Positions 60,533-64,000 of a DNA stretch of 64,000 nucleotides are shown in pieces. Within the stretch, counting starts at the first letter, position 1. Each line of letters starts with the position of its first letter. The notes beneath the pieces are model-generated. The model had not been told where the DNA came from. It saw only the letters and a program-made list of their open reading frames with translations, and did not search any database. Source of the stretch: an uncultured delta proteobacterium (GTDB lineage: Bacteria > Myxococcota_A > Polyangia > Polyangiales > Polyangiaceae); assembly GCA_963806225.1 (NCBI GenBank), contig CAWDXG010000004.1, forward strand, positions 5,120,001 to 5,184,000, given 5' to 3'. A program made the translations under genes and the position numbers.

Positions 60533-61387
60533 ATGTCGAAGGAGCCGGACGCCGACAAGTCGCAATCGGAGGACGCCGAGGACGAGCGCTCTGAAGAGGC
60601 GGCGAGCGGCTCGGCGACGGCCTCGTCGGGTGCGCGCCGTCGTCGCGAAGAGGACCCGGACAACGACGAGGACGACGAGGACGACGAGGACGACGAGGAC
60701 GACGAGGACGACGAGGACGACGAGGACGACGAGGACGACGAGGACGACGAGGACGACGAGGAAGAGGTTCGCCCTGCGCCCCGTCGTGCGCGCCGCCCTG
60801 CGAAGACGCGGTCCAAGCGTCCCTCCTCGCCGGCTGTCCAGCCGCTGAGCGAGAAGGAAATCAACTCGCCCGACCCGCAGACCCTGTGGATGCTCGGTCT
60901 ATTGGCGTTGATGACCCTGGTCCTGTGGGGACTGGCCCGATTCGCGTGCAACGCCCACCCCGCGCAGACCGTAAAGCCCCGGGAGGTGTCGACCTCGGAG
61001 CTGGCGCGGGACCCGAAGGATGCCGCGATCGAGCTGCAACAGCGCTGGGTGACGAAGCACTACGCCGAGGCGCTCGAGCTCGCGACCGGCAATGCCGCCG
61101 CCGAGCTGCGCAAGGAAAAGAAGGCCTGCGACGCCGACAAGAAGGCCTGCAACGCCGAGAGCAAGAAGCTCGCCGGCGAGGTATTGACGACGGGTGCGGT
61201 GCTGTCCAGCGAGGCCGCCAGCGCCGTCGTGCGGGTGACGTCCACCGGTCCGGCGGGCAAGCACAGCTACCTGATCCACCTGCGCTCGAACGGTACGGTC
61301 TGGAAGGCCGACTCGCGTGGGTCCGCCAAGGCGGCGCCACCGGCGGCCCCTGGAGCGTCGGCGGCACCGGCGGCGTCGGCGCCCTGA
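60533..61387 (+). CDS. single-TM hypothetical protein with poly-acidic N-terminus
   Basis: MSKEPDADK..., NDE(DDE)10, basic patch, TM LWMLGLLALMTLVLWGL, small outer domain. Confidence 0.75.
   Translation: MSKEPDADKSQSEDAEDERSEEAASGSATASSGARRRREEDPDNDEDDEDDEDDEDDEDDEDDEDDEDDEDDEDDEEEVRPAPRRARRPAKTRSKRPSSPAVQPLSEKEINSPDPQTLWMLGLLALMTLVLWGLARFACNAHPAQTVKPREVSTSELARDPKDAAIELQQRWVTKHYAEALELATGNAAAELRKEKKACDADKKACNAESKKLAGEVLTTGAVLSSEAASAVVRVTSTGPAGKHSYLIHLRSNGTVWKADSRGSAKAAPPAAPGASAAPAASAP
60662..60760 (+). repeat. 9-bp tandem repeat (GACGACGAG)x10 plus one variant copy
   Basis: Perfect copies 60671-60760, preceded by AACGACGAG. Confidence 0.95.
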
Positions 61388-61390
61388 CGC

Positions 61391-61981
61391 CTAGATCGCC
61401 TTCGCGCCCACGTCGGCCAGCCAGCCCTCGAGGGTGGAGCGTCGAGGCATGCCGGTGGTGACGTGTCGCACGCGACCCTCGGCGTCGATCACGATGATCG
61501 TCGGCAATAGCGTGATCTTGTAGAGCCTCGCGAAGCGCCCGTCGTCGTGCAGCACGGGGTAGGGAATGCTCCAGGCGTTCTTCACAGCGCTGGCCTGCGC
61601 CGAGCTGTCGTCGACGCTGACGCCTACAAACTGCACCTTGCTCGCGCGCTGGGCTCGCGCGGCGTCGGCGAGCATCGGGGCCGTGCGCCGGCAGGTTGGA
61701 CACCAGCTGGCGAACACCTCGATCACGACGGGGTGGCCGTGCTGCGCGGCGAGGTGGAAGCTGGTGCCGGAAACGGCCGGCAGCTCGAAGTCCGCCGCAG
61801 GCCTGCCCTCGTCGGGACCCGAGCTGCGTCGCGACAGGAGCATGAAGATGCCCACGGCGATCGCGAAGTAGATCACGTACTTGAGTCCGCGTCCCACGCG
61901 GAAGTCGCGGCTGTCGCGGCCGGCGTTTCGCGTCGACGGTGCCGGCTCTTCGTCGTGGTCGGGTGTCCTGGGGCGTTGCAT
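61391..61981 (-). CDS. TlpA-like thioredoxin / disulfide reductase
   Basis: TM anchor; AADFEL, FASWCPTC, FVGVSVD, LPT.IVID.EG. Confidence 0.88.
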   Translation of the reverse strand: MQRPRTPDHDEEPAPSTRNAGRDSRDFRVGRGLKYVIYFAIAVGIFMLLSRRSSGPDEGRPAADFELPAVSGTSFHLAAQHGHPVVIEVFASWCPTCRRTAPMLADAARAQRASKVQFVGVSVDDSSAQASAVKNAWSIPYPVLHDDGRFARLYKITLLPTIIVIDAEGRVRHVTTGMPRRSTLEGWLADVGAKAI

Positions 61982-61991
61982 GGCTATTCAC

Positions 61992-62699
61992 TCATGGGGC
62001 CAGGAGGCGCCGCCCGGCAGCCCAGCCGAAGAAGACGAGTGCCACGACCGTCAGACCGTGTCCCACCCACAGATGCCATGTCTCGCCGCTCGGGCAAGCG
62101 ACGCCGATGGCCACGGCGCCTGCCAGGCCGCCGACCAGACCGGCGAGCGCGCCGGAGAGCCCTGGGGACAGGGGATCGGTGCGGCGCCAGATGAGCAGCG
62201 TGCCGCCCGACACGATAGCGCCGAACAAGAGCGCGTGCAGACCGCAGGCCATGGCGTGGCCGGCCGCGTGCGTGTGCACGAAAGCGCCCAGCGGCAGCCA
62301 GCGCGTGCCTTCGAATGCCAGATAGGCGAGAAACGCGATCGGCACGGTCACTGCGATCAGCAGTCGCGCGCGGCGGGAGACGCGTTTGCCCGGTGGTCGC
62401 GCCAGCCCAACGAATAGCACCGCTGCCTGGACGATCCCCCATCCCGCGGCACCCAGGAGCGCCGCTCTGAGCGCGCCTTCCGGTCGCGCCCGGCCGTAGG
62501 TCAGGTACACGAGCAGGCCGACCACGAAGGCCGACAGCGGGACCGACAGGAGCACGCGGCGGCCCGCCGACAGGCTGCGCTTGCAGCCCAGGTCCTTCGT
62601 GCACTCGTCGTGGATGGCGCGAGTCACCTCGGGGCGCGGGGCTGCCGGTTCGCCCGGCCACGGCAGCTCGCCCAACGGATCGTGCTCGGGTAGAGTCAT
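61992..62699 (-). CDS. NrsF-like (DUF1109) membrane anti-sigma factor
   Basis: About 6 TMs; MAC, GALAGL..G, ACP...HLWVGH; ATGA overlap with the ECF sigma. Confidence 0.65.
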   Translation of the reverse strand: MTLPEHDPLGELPWPGEPAAPRPEVTRAIHDECTKDLGCKRSLSAGRRVLLSVPLSAFVVGLLVYLTYGRARPEGALRAALLGAAGWGIVQAAVLFVGLARPPGKRVSRRARLLIAVTVPIAFLAYLAFEGTRWLPLGAFVHTHAAGHAMACGLHALLFGAIVSGGTLLIWRRTDPLSPGLSGALAGLVGGLAGAVAIGVACPSGETWHLWVGHGLTVVALVFFGWAAGRRLLAP

Positions 62700-63271
62700 G
62701 TCCCCCTGTTGTAGCTATCGAGCTCCGCGCGGAGCAGGTTGTAGCCTCGATGTACCCGAAGCTTGACGGCGGTCGGAGTGGTGCCCAGCACCTCGGCGGC
62801 TTCGGCGATCGACAGGCCGGTGATCTTGGTGAGCTGGATGGCTTCGCGATAGCTCTCGGGCAGGTTGTCGAGCGCTCGCTCGAGCGCTTCGGACACGTCG
62901 TTGGGGACGCTCTCCGCGGGCTCCGGATCGCGGTTCAGGCAGCCTGCCGTCACTGCTGAGAGTTCCTCGCTGCGGCTCCGGGCGGCGCGCCGCTCGTCGT
63001 AGAAGGAGCGGCGCGCAATCGCCAGTAGCCAGGGCAGCAGCGGCGCTCCGCGCATGTAGCTGCCGCGCGCCCGATGCATCTTGGCGAACGTGATCTGCAG
63101 CAGATCCTCGGCGCGCTCCCGGTTCCGCGTGAGACGCAGCAGGTAGCCGAGCAGCTTGCCCGAGATGCGCTCGTACAGCTCGTCGAACGCGTCGGCACGA
63201 CCGTCGACGTACAGCTCCATCAGTTGCTCGAGCGTGGCGTCGACGACTCGGTCACGGGCCCTGGCGTCCAC
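62696..63271 (-). CDS. ECF RNA polymerase sigma factor
   Basis: AFDELY, AEDLLQ.TF, WLLAIARR, LP..YREAI.L, GLS..EAAEVLG, VKLRVHRG; start could also be 63325. Confidence 0.92.
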   Translation of the reverse strand: MDARARDRVVDATLEQLMELYVDGRADAFDELYERISGKLLGYLLRLTRNRERAEDLLQITFAKMHRARGSYMRGAPLLPWLLAIARRSFYDERRAARSRSEELSAVTAGCLNRDPEPAESVPNDVSEALERALDNLPESYREAIQLTKITGLSIAEAAEVLGTTPTAVKLRVHRGYNLLRAELDSYNRGT

Positions 63272-63360
63272 CCTGCCTAGTGGTATCTCGCGCGCGGGCG
63301 CCGCGCCACCCGGCAGAGCGGGCATTCTGGACGGGACTGCGTAGAGCCACACCCACTGGA

Positions 63361-63387
63361 TACGGAACCCCGCTGGCCGCGGGTTTC
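63361..63387 (-). promoter_or_regulatory. candidate ECF-type (autoregulatory) promoter
   Basis: Minus strand GAAACC-N17-CGTA upstream of the ECF gene. Confidence 0.35.
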
Positions 63388-63400
63388 CAGGCAAGGGGCG

Positions 63401-63534
63401 GGGCGCAGGGAGCAGGAGGCGGAGCGTCCGCTTTGAGCAGGCGCTGGCGGGGCAGGCGAGGGGCAGGCAGAAGCGGTTCGAGATCAAGAGGGGCTGGCGG
63501 GACAATCCAGCTCCGCCTCCTGCTCCCTGCGCCC
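63401..63534. repeat. 25-bp perfect inverted repeat with 84-nt spacer
   Basis: GGGCGCAGGGAGCAGGAGGCGGAGC (63401-63425) and its exact reverse complement (63510-63534). Confidence 0.85.
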
Positions 63535-63555
63535 TCAGCGCCTGCCCCTGCCAGG

Positions 63556-64000
63556 TCAGAGTAGGCTCTTGAGGTCCAGCATCTCGCTGACGTCCGGCAT
63601 CAGCACCAGCTCGACCCGGCGGTTCTGCTGCCGGCCATCGGGAGTGCTGTTGTCCGCGACGGGATCGGTGTCGCCGTAGCCCGCGGCGTGCAGCCGCGTC
63701 GGGTCCAGGCCGCCGCCGCCTCCCTTCGCGTCGACCGGGGAGATCAGATAGACGAGCACCGAGCGCGCGCGCATCGCCGACAGGCCCCAGTTGTCCTTGA
63801 AGGGGCCGCCCTTGAGCGGCTTGTTGTCCGTGTGCCCGGCGACCTGGAAGTAGCGCTTGGACAGCTGCTTGTCGCTGCGGATGACCTCGGCCACCGCGTC
63901 CAGCACCTTGAGGCCCTTGTCGCGGAGCTTGGCCGAGCCGGAGGCAAACAGCACGTCGCCCGGCAGCGAGATGACCATGCGATTCTTGCGGATTTCGACC
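63556..64000 (-). CDS. OmpA/MotB-family peptidoglycan-binding protein (5' end off the window)
   Basis: DVLFASGSA, VAGHTDN, NWGLSAMRA, AGYGDTDPVADN, NRRVEL. Confidence 0.88.
   Translation of the reverse strand, partial: VEIRKNRMVISLPGDVLFASGSAKLRDKGLKVLDAVAEVIRSDKQLSKRYFQVAGHTDNKPLKGGPFKDNWGLSAMRARSVLVYLISPVDAKGGGGGLDPTRLHAAGYGDTDPVADNSTPDGRQQNRRVELVLMPDVSEMLDLKSLL

Noticed and set aside
60662..60760. Possible CRISPR or non-coding repeat; poly-Ser ORF on the minus strand
   Set aside because: No spacers; it is an in-frame DDE coding repeat on the plus strand.
63556..64000. Flagellar system (motB plus fliA-like)
   Set aside because: Only an OmpA/MotB-type C-terminal domain is visible, and there are no flagellar structural genes in the window.

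Overview
A very GC-rich (about 70% by eye) bacterial chromosomal segment. The gene content points to Myxococcota, probably Polyangia-like; this is inferred from three Hanks-type Ser/Thr kinases, CarD/CdnL, a CglD-like TSP3/vWA lipoprotein, PilZ and HD-GYP regulators and a giant secreted Zn-metalloprotease. About 50 CDS are present, mostly housekeeping (def, fabH, slyD, pduO, tyrS, ihfB, lipB, mnmA, tilS, ftsH, cca, lolC/E) mixed with signalling genes and lipoproteins. I saw no rRNA, tRNA or CRISPR array. One foreign patch (about 39.6-41.3 kb, after ftsH) holds a hairpin cluster and a four-helix-bundle (IVP/Avd-like) gene fragment joined in frame to a 5'-truncated group II intron RT; intron domains V and VI are recognisable. 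Other notable items: two clean sigma54 promoters (one before an unannotated 53-aa ORF, one before the ~1570-aa protease), a FliA-like sigma paired with an orphan T3SS inner-rod-like protein, an ABC ATPase with all catalytic motifs degenerate, apparently widespread leaderless genes, and a 25-bp perfect inverted repeat. Several single-base-insertion frameshifts, including one in lolC/E, look like assembly errors. All family calls come from motif recognition by eye, not database searches.
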